From the IMG/VR virus record IMGVR_UViG_3300025030_000006: 64,000 nucleotides of DNA; one strand, 5' to 3'. Below, one piece after another: positions 49,929 through 59,690 of the stretch. The notes below the pieces were generated by a model that was given only the letters and a program-made list of their open reading frames with translations, was not told the origin of the DNA and did not search any database. The first letter of the stretch is position 1; each line of letters opens with the position of its first letter. Made by a program: the position numbers and the translations under genes. The stretch is from a virus.

Positions 49929-51356
49929 ATGTCCAAGAATGATAAAGCTGAATTTCTATCAGAAATGATTGGTACAAACCAGTTTTTAAATAACGTAATT
50001 TATTATTCCATCTTTGATACTAACTTCCTGAAAAAGATTCGTAGAATTTTCCCCCTTGAGGTTTTTCGTTCAAAAGAGCGTAAAATAATCATGAGAGAAA
50101 TTTTTCGATACTTCGATGATTATCAGCAAAGTCCAGAATCACATTTCTACGATATGTTCAAAGAGATGGAAAAGAATTTATCTGATTCAGATTATGACAA
50201 ATGTATGGGTTTGATTGGGATTCTAAAAGGTTTCAGCGGGAAAAACAGCCAGTATATTCTTGATAGAATACAAGAAAATTTAAAACACTATTACCTTGAA
50301 GAAGGCGCAGTAGAATTTGCATCATTAATAAAAAGAAGAAAATATGATGATGCAAAGGCAGTTATTTTAAAAGCAATGAAAAGAACAGAGGGGGAGGAGG
50401 AATCTGATTACTTTGATTATTTTACAGATAAAAGTTATATAGAAACAAGACTAAAGGAAAACAAACACAAAATGAAAACACTAATAAAAGGATTAGATAA
50501 CATTATTGGTGGATTCAACGCTCCTTGGCTTGTAACAATATTAGGAATTCCAAAAGGTGGAAAATCGTACATACTATTAGAATTGGCTGTTGCTGCTGTT
50601 TTTCAGGGTTTAAATGTTATTTTTGTTTCTCTTGAGATGGATAAAAATGTTATAGAAGGAAGACTTGACCAAATGATAGGTTTTATGTCTTCAAGGGAAA
50701 CAGATGAACCACAAGAGGTAATGAAATATAAAAGGGAACAATGGGTAAAAGATAAAGAAGTTATTCCATCTATATTTGATATTGGTGCTGTTGAAAAAAA
50801 TAGAAGTCGTTTTAAAAGAATTGGTGGTGGTGGTTTAAAAGTCATTGCACATCATCGTGGTAGAATGAATTATACTGATATTGAGAATGTTTTAAATGAA
50901 GCAGAAGAACGAGATGGGTTTATTGCTGATGTTTTGGTTGTTGATTATTTGGGAATTATGCGTGAAACAGCACCACAACAATCCAAAAAAGAAAGAATAA
51001 GTGAAAATTGTCTAGGCTTAAAAGAATTGTGTGGAAAAAGAAATCTGATTGGTTTAACCGCCATGCAAGGAAACAGAAAGGCAATGACAGCAAAGGTGTT
51101 TCATGCTCATTTCATTGCAGATGATATAGATTGTATTCACCATTCTGACATTGCAATAAGTATTTGCCAAACAAAAAGGGAAGAATCTGAAGGAAAGTGT
51201 AGGCTGTATGGTGCAATAAATAGGCATGGACCCCAAGGCTGGACAATTGGAACGATAAGGGATTTAACAATAGGTCAGCCTGTTTTAGGGGAGTACAATA
51301 TTGAAGAAGAAAAAGATTCTGGTGAAGAAGAAAAAGAAGCTGAAAATTATTATTAA
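49929..51356 (+). CDS. DnaB-like replicative helicase
   Basis: Walker A GIPKGGKSY. Walker B-like VLVVDYLGIM. RecA-fold C-terminal domain pattern. Start moved to the ATG after GGAGG. Confidence 0.7.
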   Translation: MSKNDKAEFLSEMIGTNQFLNNVIYYSIFDTNFLKKIRRIFPLEVFRSKERKIIMREIFRYFDDYQQSPESHFYDMFKEMEKNLSDSDYDKCMGLIGILKGFSGKNSQYILDRIQENLKHYYLEEGAVEFASLIKRRKYDDAKAVILKAMKRTEGEEESDYFDYFTDKSYIETRLKENKHKMKTLIKGLDNIIGGFNAPWLVTILGIPKGGKSYILLELAVAAVFQGLNVIFVSLEMDKNVIEGRLDQMIGFMSSRETDEPQEVMKYKREQWVKDKEVIPSIFDIGAVEKNRSRFKRIGGGGLKVIAHHRGRMNYTDIENVLNEAEERDGFIADVLVVDYLGIMRETAPQQSKKERISENCLGLKELCGKRNLIGLTAMQGNRKAMTAKVFHAHFIADDIDCIHHSDIAISICQTKREESEGKCRLYGAINRHGPQGWTIGTIRDLTIGQPVLGEYNIEEEKDSGEEEKEAENYY

Positions 51357-51367
51357 GGATAAATTAA

Positions 51368-51703
51368 ATGCCCCTGTTTACATGCTCTCAGTGTGAAAAC
51401 ATAGATAATACTGCCACAAGTGATTATTTTATTCAGGTATATGTTAAAAAACAAAAGCCACTGTGCTTTCGTTGTTTATATAATAAATGGCATAATCATT
51501 TTCAAGAAAGAAAGGTTACAACCGAAGAACTACTGAAAGGAAATATTATTTATTTTGAACATTCCAAACATGCAAAGGAAACTAAAAACAAAATGATTGA
51601 TTTTATTACCAATGATAATTCAAGTTGTATTCCTAGAGATAAATTTGAAAAAATGAATATCAATGAAATCTTGGTTATTTATCGTCAACTGAAAGGAAAA
51701 TAA
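51368..51703 (+). CDS. hypothetical Cys-containing protein
   Basis: Track ORF. Contains CSQC...CFRC. Confidence 0.55.
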   Translation: MPLFTCSQCENIDNTATSDYFIQVYVKKQKPLCFRCLYNKWHNHFQERKVTTEELLKGNIIYFEHSKHAKETKNKMIDFITNDNSSCIPRDKFEKMNINEILVIYRQLKGK

Positions 51704-51704
51704 A

Positions 51705-52280
51705 ATGTTTCCAGAAAAACAATGCACTTGTTTTGATGAGACCACAAGAGAATGTCCAACTCATAGAAACCAATTACATTCTTGTGAAGATTATTATGAT
51801 GAAAAAGGACCGACATGGTTTACTGATAACCTTATTCCAAATCTACAAATAGTAAAGTGTAAATGTGTCAAAACACCCGAAAGAGCATATAAATGGGATG
51901 CTGGTATTGATTTCTTTATACCTAATTTTGAGAAACCAATTGCTTTGTTCCCTCAACAAAGAAGAATGATTCCTTCAGGGATTCATGCAAAAATTCCTCA
52001 TGGTTATATGTTAAAAGCTGAAGATAAATCAGGAGTGGGAATTAAAAAAGGACTAAAATATATTGGTGGTGTTATTGATGAGGGTTATATGGGAGAAATA
52101 AATATCTGTTTATTTAATACTTCTGATGAAAAAGTAATGATTCATGCTGGTGAAAAAATTATTCAATTTATTCTTATTCCTGTACTTTATTCTAAAGTTG
52201 AATTAATTAATTCCTTGGAAGAACTTTATCCTGAAAAAACTGAACGGGGTAAAAATGGTTTTGGGAGTACAAACAATTGA
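51705..52280 (+). CDS. dut: dUTPase with a ~60-aa Cys-rich N-terminal extension
   Basis: Contains GGVIDEGYMGEI, GEKIIQFI, and the C-terminal RGKNGFGST. Confidence 0.8.
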   Translation: MFPEKQCTCFDETTRECPTHRNQLHSCEDYYDEKGPTWFTDNLIPNLQIVKCKCVKTPERAYKWDAGIDFFIPNFEKPIALFPQQRRMIPSGIHAKIPHGYMLKAEDKSGVGIKKGLKYIGGVIDEGYMGEINICLFNTSDEKVMIHAGEKIIQFILIPVLYSKVELINSLEELYPEKTERGKNGFGSTNN

Positions 52281-52573
52281 ATGATAATAAAGAAATTGTT
52301 TATAAACGCTTTTCAAAACAATGCACACAAGTTGTAAAAATAATGCTTTCAGCTAAAAATCCCAAAGTGCGTTGTTATGGTACACAACCAAGTAGACCAG
52401 ATGGAAAAGGACATAAAGGTTGTGGAAAATGGGTAAGAATAGATTTTGCCTACAAATGCCTTTATTGTGGTTTTTGGTTTTGTGCTGCATGCGCTGAAGT
52501 TCATTTTGGCAAAACAAGAGAAGAACACATAGAAGAGTTAAAAGCTAAAGGTGAATATCATGGTATGTTATAA
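52277..52573 (+). CDS. zinc-binding small protein
   Basis: Track ORF. Contains C..GC and CLYCGFWFCAAC. Confidence 0.55.
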   Translation: MNDNKEIVYKRFSKQCTQVVKIMLSAKNPKVRCYGTQPSRPDGKGHKGCGKWVRIDFAYKCLYCGFWFCAACAEVHFGKTREEHIEELKAKGEYHGML

Positions 52574-52604
52574 GAGATATGATTAAAGGAAGTGGAGATA
52601 ACCG

Positions 52605-52835
52605 ATGACAAATAATAATTTTAACAACCAATATATGCAAAAGCCATTTGTTGATGTAAATTTTCAAAGGACAAAGATGATGCTGGATAAACTGATTGAA
52701 CAAGATAAAAGAGGATATATAAATAATGAATGGGCTTCCAATTTTATTTGGGATATGAAAAAGAAAACAAATAATGGTCAAGAATTGACGGCAAAACAAT
52801 TGGAGAAATTAGAAGAAATCTTTGAACAATATTAA
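52605..52835 (+). CDS. hypothetical small protein
   Basis: Track ORF. GGAAGTGGAGATAACCGATG RBS. Confidence 0.55.
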   Translation: MTNNNFNNQYMQKPFVDVNFQRTKMMLDKLIEQDKRGYINNEWASNFIWDMKKKTNNGQELTAKQLEKLEEIFEQY

Positions 52836-52850
52836 CAATTGGAATTATTC

Positions 52851-54251
52851 ATGAAGAATAAAACAATAACAATTCAGCAAATAAACGCACATTGGGCCAA
52901 GGTTATTGGTTCGGAAGAACAGATATTGGCTGTATGGGAAATATTATCTTATGAAAAAATGGTTCGTCTAAAATGGAAATCCCACCCTGAAAAAATGACT
53001 TTTTCTTTTTTAAATCGTAAAGGGAATAAGTTCCCTTATGGTTTGGTTTCCTATGTAACAGATAAATTAAATGAAAAAGGATATGAAGTAGAAATTCAGG
53101 AAATAGATTTCAAATTAAAGACCAATTTATTTCCAAAAGTTAATGACATAAAATGGGAAGATTATCAAAGAAAAGTGCTTAAAAAAATAGGCAATAAAAA
53201 TAAAAGAGGAATTATTGTCGCACCAACAGCCGCAGGAAAAACGGTTATTTCTGCTGGTATTATTTCACGATTGAATATACCTATAACTTTGTTTGTAACT
53301 ATAAATAAAACCATATTTCATCAAACGGTTAAAGACTTTGAAAAATGGTTTCCAGATATTGAAATAGGAAGAATAGGAGATGGAATTTGTGATGTTTCTC
53401 ATATAACCGTGGCTTTATATCAATCCCTCTCAAGATTTGATTTGAAGAAATACTCACAAATTCTTGAATTATTAATTTCAGATGAAGTACATTCAGCAGG
53501 AAAATCAATTGGCAAGATTTTGGGACAACTAAATAAAACATATTATCGTTACGGTTTGTCAGCAACTCCGCATAAAATAAAAAATGATAAGCAAAAATAT
53601 TTTGAGATGGTTGGAAATATCGGACCCATTATCGAAGAACTTGAAGACGATGTTGTTAAATCAAGAGTTGTTGATTGTGATGCTTATATGATTACTTATG
53701 TCTGTGATAAACCAGAAGGACACAATTATCATTCGGTATTTCGGCAAGATATTTGTTGTTCAGAAAAAAGAAACAACAAGTTACTAAAAGCAGCAAAAAT
53801 GTTGGCATTGGATAAAGGCAAATCTGTTTTATTTCTTGTTGATGAAATCAGCCAAGCAGAACTTGTAAAACATTTGGCTGAAGTAATGGGAATAAAATGT
53901 AGGGTTGCTCATGGTAAAAATAAAACTGGATTAAATGAAAAAATAAAAAGTGCTCTGAATGATAAGAAAATAAAGTTGGTTGTGGCAACAGCCGTATTTA
54001 AGACTGGTATGAATTTACCTTCCTTGGATTGTTTGGTTTTGGGTTCTGCTAGGAAGTCTGAAATATCCTATATGCAAGCCATAGGAAGGGCAAGACGTTC
54101 ATTTGAAGGAAAGGATAAGGCTATTATCATTGATTCTTTTGACATAATAAAAGGAAATAAAAAATTTCACAATTATTTTTCTGAGTACAGTGAAGGTAGA
54201 TTGGAATTGTATAAATCGAAAGGCTGGTTTAAGAAAAAATTACTTATTTGA
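52851..54251 (+). CDS. superfamily 2 DEAD/DEAH-type helicase (UvsW/RecG-like role possible)
   Basis: Motif I APTAAGKT, motif II SDEVH, motif III SAT, motif VI QAIGRARR. Confidence 0.75.
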   Translation: MKNKTITIQQINAHWAKVIGSEEQILAVWEILSYEKMVRLKWKSHPEKMTFSFLNRKGNKFPYGLVSYVTDKLNEKGYEVEIQEIDFKLKTNLFPKVNDIKWEDYQRKVLKKIGNKNKRGIIVAPTAAGKTVISAGIISRLNIPITLFVTINKTIFHQTVKDFEKWFPDIEIGRIGDGICDVSHITVALYQSLSRFDLKKYSQILELLISDEVHSAGKSIGKILGQLNKTYYRYGLSATPHKIKNDKQKYFEMVGNIGPIIEELEDDVVKSRVVDCDAYMITYVCDKPEGHNYHSVFRQDICCSEKRNNKLLKAAKMLALDKGKSVLFLVDEISQAELVKHLAEVMGIKCRVAHGKNKTGLNEKIKSALNDKKIKLVVATAVFKTGMNLPSLDCLVLGSARKSEISYMQAIGRARRSFEGKDKAIIIDSFDIIKGNKKFHNYFSEYSEGRLELYKSKGWFKKKLLI

Positions 54252-54263
54252 TAAGGAATAATA

Positions 54264-54551
54264 ATGCCAAATTATCATCATATCCCGCCTGATTTACAAG
54301 CCGCAATTTTCATATCATCGAATATAGGGGGTCTTCTGCAATTAAAATATGGTGAAAAGGATATAAGGAAACTGAGGAAAATAGAAGAATTAATAAAAAG
54401 ACACCAAGAATTGCTGATGCTTTATCCTAGTTGGAAATCGTATGATTATGTTGCTATTGGCACAGCAATACATTTAAAAATAGAAGATGAGTTACAAAAA
54501 TTGATAAACCAACAATTGGAAAAACAAAATGAAGAAAAAGTATCAGAATGA
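54264..54551 (+). CDS. hypothetical protein
   Basis: Track ORF. Confidence 0.55.
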   Translation: MPNYHHIPPDLQAAIFISSNIGGLLQLKYGEKDIRKLRKIEELIKRHQELLMLYPSWKSYDYVAIGTAIHLKIEDELQKLINQQLEKQNEEKVSE

Positions 54552-55536
54552 TATGGATTTCCAAGATATTAGAATACAAAATGGATTAGAACAACTAGAT
54601 ATTTATGAATTACTAGATGAAGGTGGTTTTGAGTATTCAGATGAGGGTAGAAACATTTCTTCCGGTTTTATTGGTATTTCCCCTTGCCCTGAGTGTGGTG
54701 ATACTCGATTCCATGCAGCACTAAAAAAAGATGAATTTTTCATTACGTGTTTTATTTGTAAATGTCATTTATCCCCAATCAAAACGGTAGCATATTTAAA
54801 ACACACAAATGTTTATAATGCTGCAAAGTATCTAATTGAATTGGGGGAAGGTGATGAAGAAGACATAGAACAAAGAGTAAGAAATGTTTTAAAAACAAAT
54901 CACAGAGAAAAAGATTACTCCTATCGTGGCACTGACCCTCTCCCCGAAAATAAAATTATTACAAAGGCAATTATTAAGCGAGACAAACAACTTTCACTCT
55001 TTTTAAAAGAAAGGAGAATTAAATCTTGGGAAATAAATAAATATGATTTGAGAATAGGAATAAACAAAAACAAATTAATTTTTCCAATATACGTTGACAA
55101 TAAATTGGTCAGTTATCAATCAAGACGAATTGACAGAAAGCAATATCACGTGCCTCAATTTCTCAGTCATTATTTGCTATGGGAAGATGAAATTTCCAAT
55201 AAGAAACCACTGATAATAGTAGAAGGTTATTTAGATGCAATAAGAATAAAAACATTTGTTGATTTGTTTTATAAAAATCAATTTTGTATAACTACTGGAT
55301 TTGTTAAATCAATATCAGCGGAACAAATAAAAATATTAATTGAAAAAAACCCAAAATATCTTATTACAGTTTTTGATTCAAAAGCATGGTGGGATTATAA
55401 AAGACTAAAAGATAATTTGCCATTTGATGTTACCTTTGTTACTATACCAGATAATGGTTGTAAAGAAAAAGACCCATCATCACTTTCTTATAGGGAATTA
55501 AAATTACTATTTCAGGAGCAGATTTGTTATGAATAA
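54529..55536 (+). CDS. DnaG-like primase (zinc finger plus Toprim)
   Basis: Zinc finger CPECGDTRFH...CFICKCH. Toprim motifs IIVEGYLDAIR and VFDSKAWWD. Confidence 0.7.
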   Translation: MKKKYQNDMDFQDIRIQNGLEQLDIYELLDEGGFEYSDEGRNISSGFIGISPCPECGDTRFHAALKKDEFFITCFICKCHLSPIKTVAYLKHTNVYNAAKYLIELGEGDEEDIEQRVRNVLKTNHREKDYSYRGTDPLPENKIITKAIIKRDKQLSLFLKERRIKSWEINKYDLRIGINKNKLIFPIYVDNKLVSYQSRRIDRKQYHVPQFLSHYLLWEDEISNKKPLIIVEGYLDAIRIKTFVDLFYKNQFCITTGFVKSISAEQIKILIEKNPKYLITVFDSKAWWDYKRLKDNLPFDVTFVTIPDNGCKEKDPSSLSYRELKLLFQEQICYE

Positions 55537-55714
55537 ATTAAATTTAAGTGTAATGGATAAATTTCTATTAAAAACATTCTGCAAAGAAACACATGATGTT
55601 TACTACTGCCCAAAGCATTTAACACTGTTTACCATTAAAAAATCAGACGTAAGAAAGCACCGTTGTGACGAAGATTATTGTAGACATGCACCAACCCTTT
55701 ATCAGGAGGATTAA
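55529..55714 (+). CDS. hypothetical small protein
   Basis: Track ORF. Confidence 0.5.
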   Translation: MNKLNLSVMDKFLLKTFCKETHDVYYCPKHLTLFTIKKSDVRKHRCDEDYCRHAPTLYQED

Positions 55715-56164
55715 ATGGGAATCACAAATAAACCAAGTTGGTTGGTTATTGCTGAAGGAGAAATTGGAGTAAAAGAAATTGATGGTTCTGGAAATAATCC
55801 AAGGGTAATTGAATACCATAGTGTTACCTCTTTAAAAGCAACAGACGATGAAACCGCTTGGTGTGCTAGTTTTGTTAGTTGGTGTTTGGAACAGGCTGGA
55901 ATTAAAAGTACAAGGTCAGCAGCAGCAAGGTCTTATTTAAATTGGAGAATAAAACTGGATAAACCTATAATTGGTTGTATTGTGGTATTTAAAAGGGGAA
56001 CAAGCAAAACATCTGGTCATGTTGCTTTTTATATGGGTGAAACAGAACATAGTATTTTAGTTTTGGGGGGAAATCAGGGGAACAAGGTAGGAATTGCAAA
56101 ATACTCTAAAGTGGATTTACTTGATTATCGTTGGCCTGATAATGAGCCTCTTTGTTATTCATAA
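55715..56164 (+). CDS. CHAP/NlpC-P60-like peptidoglycan hydrolase (TIGR02594-like), candidate endolysin
   Basis: Contains GVKEIDGSGNNPRVIEY, AWCASFVSWCL and SGHVAFY. Confidence 0.7.
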   Translation: MGITNKPSWLVIAEGEIGVKEIDGSGNNPRVIEYHSVTSLKATDDETAWCASFVSWCLEQAGIKSTRSAAARSYLNWRIKLDKPIIGCIVVFKRGTSKTSGHVAFYMGETEHSILVLGGNQGNKVGIAKYSKVDLLDYRWPDNEPLCYS

Positions 56165-56166
56165 TT

Positions 56167-56325
56167 ATGAATAATGTTATTTGTACTTCCAGAACAAAAG
56201 AATGTACCGATGAATATAATACTTTTAAATGTCCTCATTCTTATCACCATAATCTTGAATCATGTGGAAAAGTTATATGTAGAAAATTAAACAAATATAC
56301 AGAATGTAAATGTGAAAAAGAATAA
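56167..56325 (+). CDS. small Cys-rich protein (52 aa)
   Basis: Translated by eye. Last gene before the terminator. Confidence 0.4.
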   Translation: MNNVICTSRTKECTDEYNTFKCPHSYHHNLESCGKVICRKLNKYTECKCEKE

Positions 56326-56327
56326 AG

Positions 56328-56361
56328 AAAAGCCTTTGGGAAATTAATCTCAAAGGCTTTT
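56328..56361. terminator. bidirectional intrinsic-terminator-like hairpin
   Basis: AAAAGCCTTTG / CAAAGGCTTTT (11 bp) with a 12-nt loop. Lies between convergent blocks. Confidence 0.7.
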
Positions 56362-56390
56362 CTATGTTTATCCGTGTTTATCCTGCTTTA

Positions 56391-56687
56391 TCACCGAAGT
56401 CGCCAAATACAGCCTATTTCCTCTAAAATGTTTTCCTCAAACATTCTATCAAAAACTTCTGTATAACTAAATTTTGCTTCGTTTCCATCATGTTTCTCAT
56501 ATCCAATATAGTAATCAAAGTAGAAATTACAAAACCGCATTCCTTTTTCATCTTTGCTTTTCATCAAAGCCAATGATTTCTTAATCCTCTCTTCCAATAC
56601 ACTTTCAGACATATCAGTTTTCCTTTTTATTTTCTTCCACGTTGGTTTGTTTCTTTCCAAAAAGACCATACAATTTTCCAAGTACAT
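56391..56687 (-). CDS. hypothetical protein
   Basis: Track ORF. Confidence 0.55.
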   Translation of the reverse strand: MYLENCMVFLERNKPTWKKIKRKTDMSESVLEERIKKSLALMKSKDEKGMRFCNFYFDYYIGYEKHDGNEAKFSYTEVFDRMFEENILEEIGCIWRLR

Positions 56688-56802
56688 TATGAATCACTTG
56701 AAAAACACTATTAGCTTTAATTGCTGGAATTTGCGCTAGGGTTTCAGAAGCCAGAAAAAGAGCAGTTACAATTACAACAGAATAAGTTACAAAATCATCC
56801 AT
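56614..56802 (-). CDS. small single-TM protein, holin-like candidate
   Basis: Track ORF. TM segment YSVVIVTALFLA followed by a charged C-terminus. AAAGGAGGAAATGAAATG RBS. Confidence 0.4.
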   Translation of the reverse strand: MDDFVTYSVVIVTALFLASETLAQIPAIKANSVFQVIHNVLGKLYGLFGKKQTNVEENKKEN

Positions 56803-56815
56803 TTCATTTCCTCCT

Positions 56816-56995
56816 TTACTTTTTGATTATTTTACTTTCAAAGGGTCTATCTACTGTAGTGCATTCAGGCTTTACACACCGTTTTTCTTTAACACATTTG
56901 TCTAAATTTCCTTTATTTGAACAAAGGCCTGAAGGGGAATTAATACATTTTGACGTTGTATCTTTAAAACAATCTTTATCACACATAATCAGCAT
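56816..56995 (-). CDS. small Cys-rich protein (59 aa)
   Basis: Translated by eye: MLIMCDKDCFKD...CVKPEC. The + strand track ORF 56721..57077 is judged spurious. Confidence 0.4.
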   Translation of the reverse strand: MLIMCDKDCFKDTTSKCINSPSGLCSNKGNLDKCVKEKRCVKPECTTVDRPFESKIIKK

Positions 56996-57001
56996 CCTTA
57001 T

Positions 57002-57376
57002 CTATTCTGACATGTCACCGTTGATAAGAGAGGCAAGGATTGTTTCATCTAATCCCTGTTTGGTTCCAATTAAATGAAGTATTTTTTTTATTTCCACATT
57101 TTGTTTTATAATCTTTTTTGTAAATGGCTCCAACCAAGAAAGTGACTCGTGTCTATGAGCGCCACAAGCATCCATTTTGGCTTTACAAAGGGTTTCCCTT
57201 TCTAATTTGTTTTCTTTTATATATTCATCGAATTCTTGTTTAGAAATATATTCCGTTTTTGTTTTTTTAATAAGAAAATCAAACAATGAATCAAAGAGTT
57301 TTTTTCCAGCATAAAGAACAAGTAGTGCCAAGGCAAACAAAATAGGATTAGATACCCACTCTTTGATTACTTCCAT
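57002..57376 (-). CDS. membrane-anchored protein
   Basis: Track ORF. N-terminal TM segment PILFALALLVLYA. Confidence 0.55.
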   Translation of the reverse strand: MEVIKEWVSNPILFALALLVLYAGKKLFDSLFDFLIKKTKTEYISKQEFDEYIKENKLERETLCKAKMDACGAHRHESLSWLEPFTKKIIKQNVEIKKILHLIGTKQGLDETILASLINGDMSE

Positions 57377-57388
57377 TGTAGTATCCCC

Positions 57389-57847
57389 CTATTTAATCAA
57401 TTTAAGCATTTGACGCTGTTTATTCAAATGCAATAGAATAAGTGCTTTATCACATGGAGAAACAATTTCAGGGGTATCAAGAACGGTTACATATTGAGAA
57501 ATCAAGAATAACTCCAGACCATAAGAATTATTTACAATCCCTGCTTGTTTTGTTGCTTCATCAATTAAACCATTAAATGTAATATCTTTACTAAGAATTG
57601 ATTCAATGATATCAAGAGAAATTAGTGCTTCATCTACGGTATAACCAGCAATGTTTTTTACTGCTTCCAAATTAGCAAGCTGAAGAAGTAATGAGGCACT
57701 AGCAGGGTCAGGAATCCTTTGAAGAATAATTGAATCATAATTACCACTGGCATCTTTCACACAAACATCAGGAGGAACATATAAATTATTTTTAGCACAA
57801 CCAAAAACAAACAACAACAAAATGGTTAAAACAATTAGCCTTTTCAA
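57389..57847 (-). CDS. lipoprotein (lipobox VFGC)
   Basis: Track ORF. Starts MKRLIVLTILLLFVFGCAKN. Confidence 0.6.
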   Translation of the reverse strand: MKRLIVLTILLLFVFGCAKNNLYVPPDVCVKDASGNYDSIILQRIPDPASASLLLQLANLEAVKNIAGYTVDEALISLDIIESILSKDITFNGLIDEATKQAGIVNNSYGLELFLISQYVTVLDTPEIVSPCDKALILLHLNKQRQMLKLIK

Positions 57848-58665
57848 TTTAACCTCCTTTGATTTGTTGTTAATAAATTATAAATTGAACCTTCCCTATA
57901 ATTTTTTACATTCACAATGTTTATACTTCTTGGTAAATAATTCTGAATCTGTTTTTGATTCTCCAACCCAATAATACCCCTTTCTCCCAATAAAGATAAA
58001 CTTAAATATAAAACACCATTATCCACACATATTACTTTTTTACATTTCTTTATTTCATTAAATAACAAAAGTAAATTTGGCTCTTGAAACCTTAACGAGT
58101 TACTTTCATTTGTTAAATTAAAAGCATCCGGTACTTTTCCATCAATATAATAATCTTTTATAAAATTCACCCCCTGATACAATTCAAATGGTTCATATCC
58201 TGCTGATTGAATTTCCCCCCAAATCCTTTCTGCTGTTTTTGTTGGACAAAATTTGCTTTCTTTGTTGCTTCCAGTTATACCAAAAAAACAAACACCAATT
58301 CTTTTACTATTTGAATTATCATAATCATTTTTAAATCTATATGGTTCCCAAATGAAATCATCTAATCCAAATTCATTCTTAGCACATAAATAAGGCTTAG
58401 ATAATATTCCATTTGGTTCTCCATACCTCACACTATAAAAAAATGAATATTTTGATTTTATATCGCTTCCTATTTTATCAACCAAAACAACATCAGGATA
58501 AATCAAATGAAACTGTCTTTTACTGTGTACCCCTAATTCAATTCTTTTATTTGTTTGTTTTTGTATTTCATGATAGATAGGAAGAAATAAAATTGTGTCC
58601 CCAAGTCCATGACAAAATGAGAGTAATGTCCTTTGTTCATATTTAATTCTGTCAATTAAACTCAT
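57844..58665 (-). CDS. GT9-like (heptosyltransferase-family) glycosyltransferase
   Basis: N-terminal GLGDTILFLP. C-terminal ..KKCKKVICVDNGVLYLS.. pattern typical of the GT9 fold. From memory. Confidence 0.5.
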   Translation of the reverse strand: MSLIDRIKYEQRTLLSFCHGLGDTILFLPIYHEIQKQTNKRIELGVHSKRQFHLIYPDVVLVDKIGSDIKSKYSFFYSVRYGEPNGILSKPYLCAKNEFGLDDFIWEPYRFKNDYDNSNSKRIGVCFFGITGSNKESKFCPTKTAERIWGEIQSAGYEPFELYQGVNFIKDYYIDGKVPDAFNLTNESNSLRFQEPNLLLLFNEIKKCKKVICVDNGVLYLSLSLLGERGIIGLENQKQIQNYLPRSINIVNVKNYREGSIYNLLTTNQRRLN

Positions 58666-58728
58666 GGTGTTTGTTCCTATAAAATAATAACATGATTGAC
58701 TTTATAGTTCCACAAAAAATAAATTGAT

Positions 58729-59607
58729 TTAATATTTCAAAACACAATTAATGATTTCATCGACGCTAATCAATTCCATACAATGTGCTATTCCATTATT
58801 ATAATTTTCACAATCCTGAATTGTTGCTTTCCAACATGCAGTTTCTTTGCAGCAGTTCAAATAACCAACAGAATGTAAATATTGTTGATTTTGGTAACAG
58901 TTCCAATTAATTCCCTCTCTACCACCTGCAACAACGATGGAGGGTTTATTTAAAGCCGCTGCCAAATGCATTTGCAAAGAAGGATATCCTATTAACCCCT
59001 TACTTAAAGATGCTATTGCAAAATATTTTCTTAAATTCTTTGTTTTTCCAACCAATGATTTAATATTTTTGAATCGTGGATTAATGGCGTGATTATCTCC
59101 GGTTTGAATAATTTCAATTCCATATTCATACATCACATTAATAAATTCCTGCCATTTTGCAGCAGAATAATTCTTTAAGACAATATCTTGTTTGTAACCG
59201 GGAGAAAGTAACCAAAAGCCATTTTTAATTTTGTTTTCTTCTAAAGTATCTAAAGCATTTTCTATTTCTTCAGAAGATAAAAATATTTCTGGTTTGCAAT
59301 CCGTTAATTGAATATTTAAATTTAAAGTATCATTTAGAAAAGTAATATATCCCTGTGCAAAAGGTTTTCCCGATGATTTTTTATATTGAAATTCTTTGGC
59401 ATAATTTACGTTTATAATCAAAATATTCTTTGCTTCTTCCTTATCAAATTTTGCAATGTAGGGATTATTTTCATAAACTTCTGGATAATAAGAAAATATA
59501 CCAGTCTGATACTTTTCGGGATATTGTTTATGTAATTCCCTTAATGCTACTGTGAAAACCAGATTATCACCAATCGCTAAAGCATTTGAAAATATAATTT
59601 TTTCCAT
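58729..59607 (-). CDS. GT9-like (heptosyltransferase-family) glycosyltransferase
   Basis: Contains ALAIGDNLVFTVALRELHKQYP, LVGKTKNLRKYFAIASLSKGLIGYPSLQMHLAAALNKPSIVV. Confidence 0.6.
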   Translation of the reverse strand: MEKIIFSNALAIGDNLVFTVALRELHKQYPEKYQTGIFSYYPEVYENNPYIAKFDKEEAKNILIINVNYAKEFQYKKSSGKPFAQGYITFLNDTLNLNIQLTDCKPEIFLSSEEIENALDTLEENKIKNGFWLLSPGYKQDIVLKNYSAAKWQEFINVMYEYGIEIIQTGDNHAINPRFKNIKSLVGKTKNLRKYFAIASLSKGLIGYPSLQMHLAAALNKPSIVVAGGREGINWNCYQNQQYLHSVGYLNCCKETACWKATIQDCENYNNGIAHCMELISVDEIINCVLKY

Positions 59608-59690
59608 TTAGTCCTCTCCCTAAATAAAAATAAAAGGCAATACCTTTAGAAGCATATTACCTTTTATCATTTAAATTTTCAATTTAAAAC

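Noticed and set aside
56721-57077. + strand ORF of 118 aa at the start of the leftward late block
   Set aside because: It overlaps three minus-strand genes that have good RBSs and coherent products (a holin-like protein, a Cys-rich 59-aa protein and a TM protein). It has no RBS.
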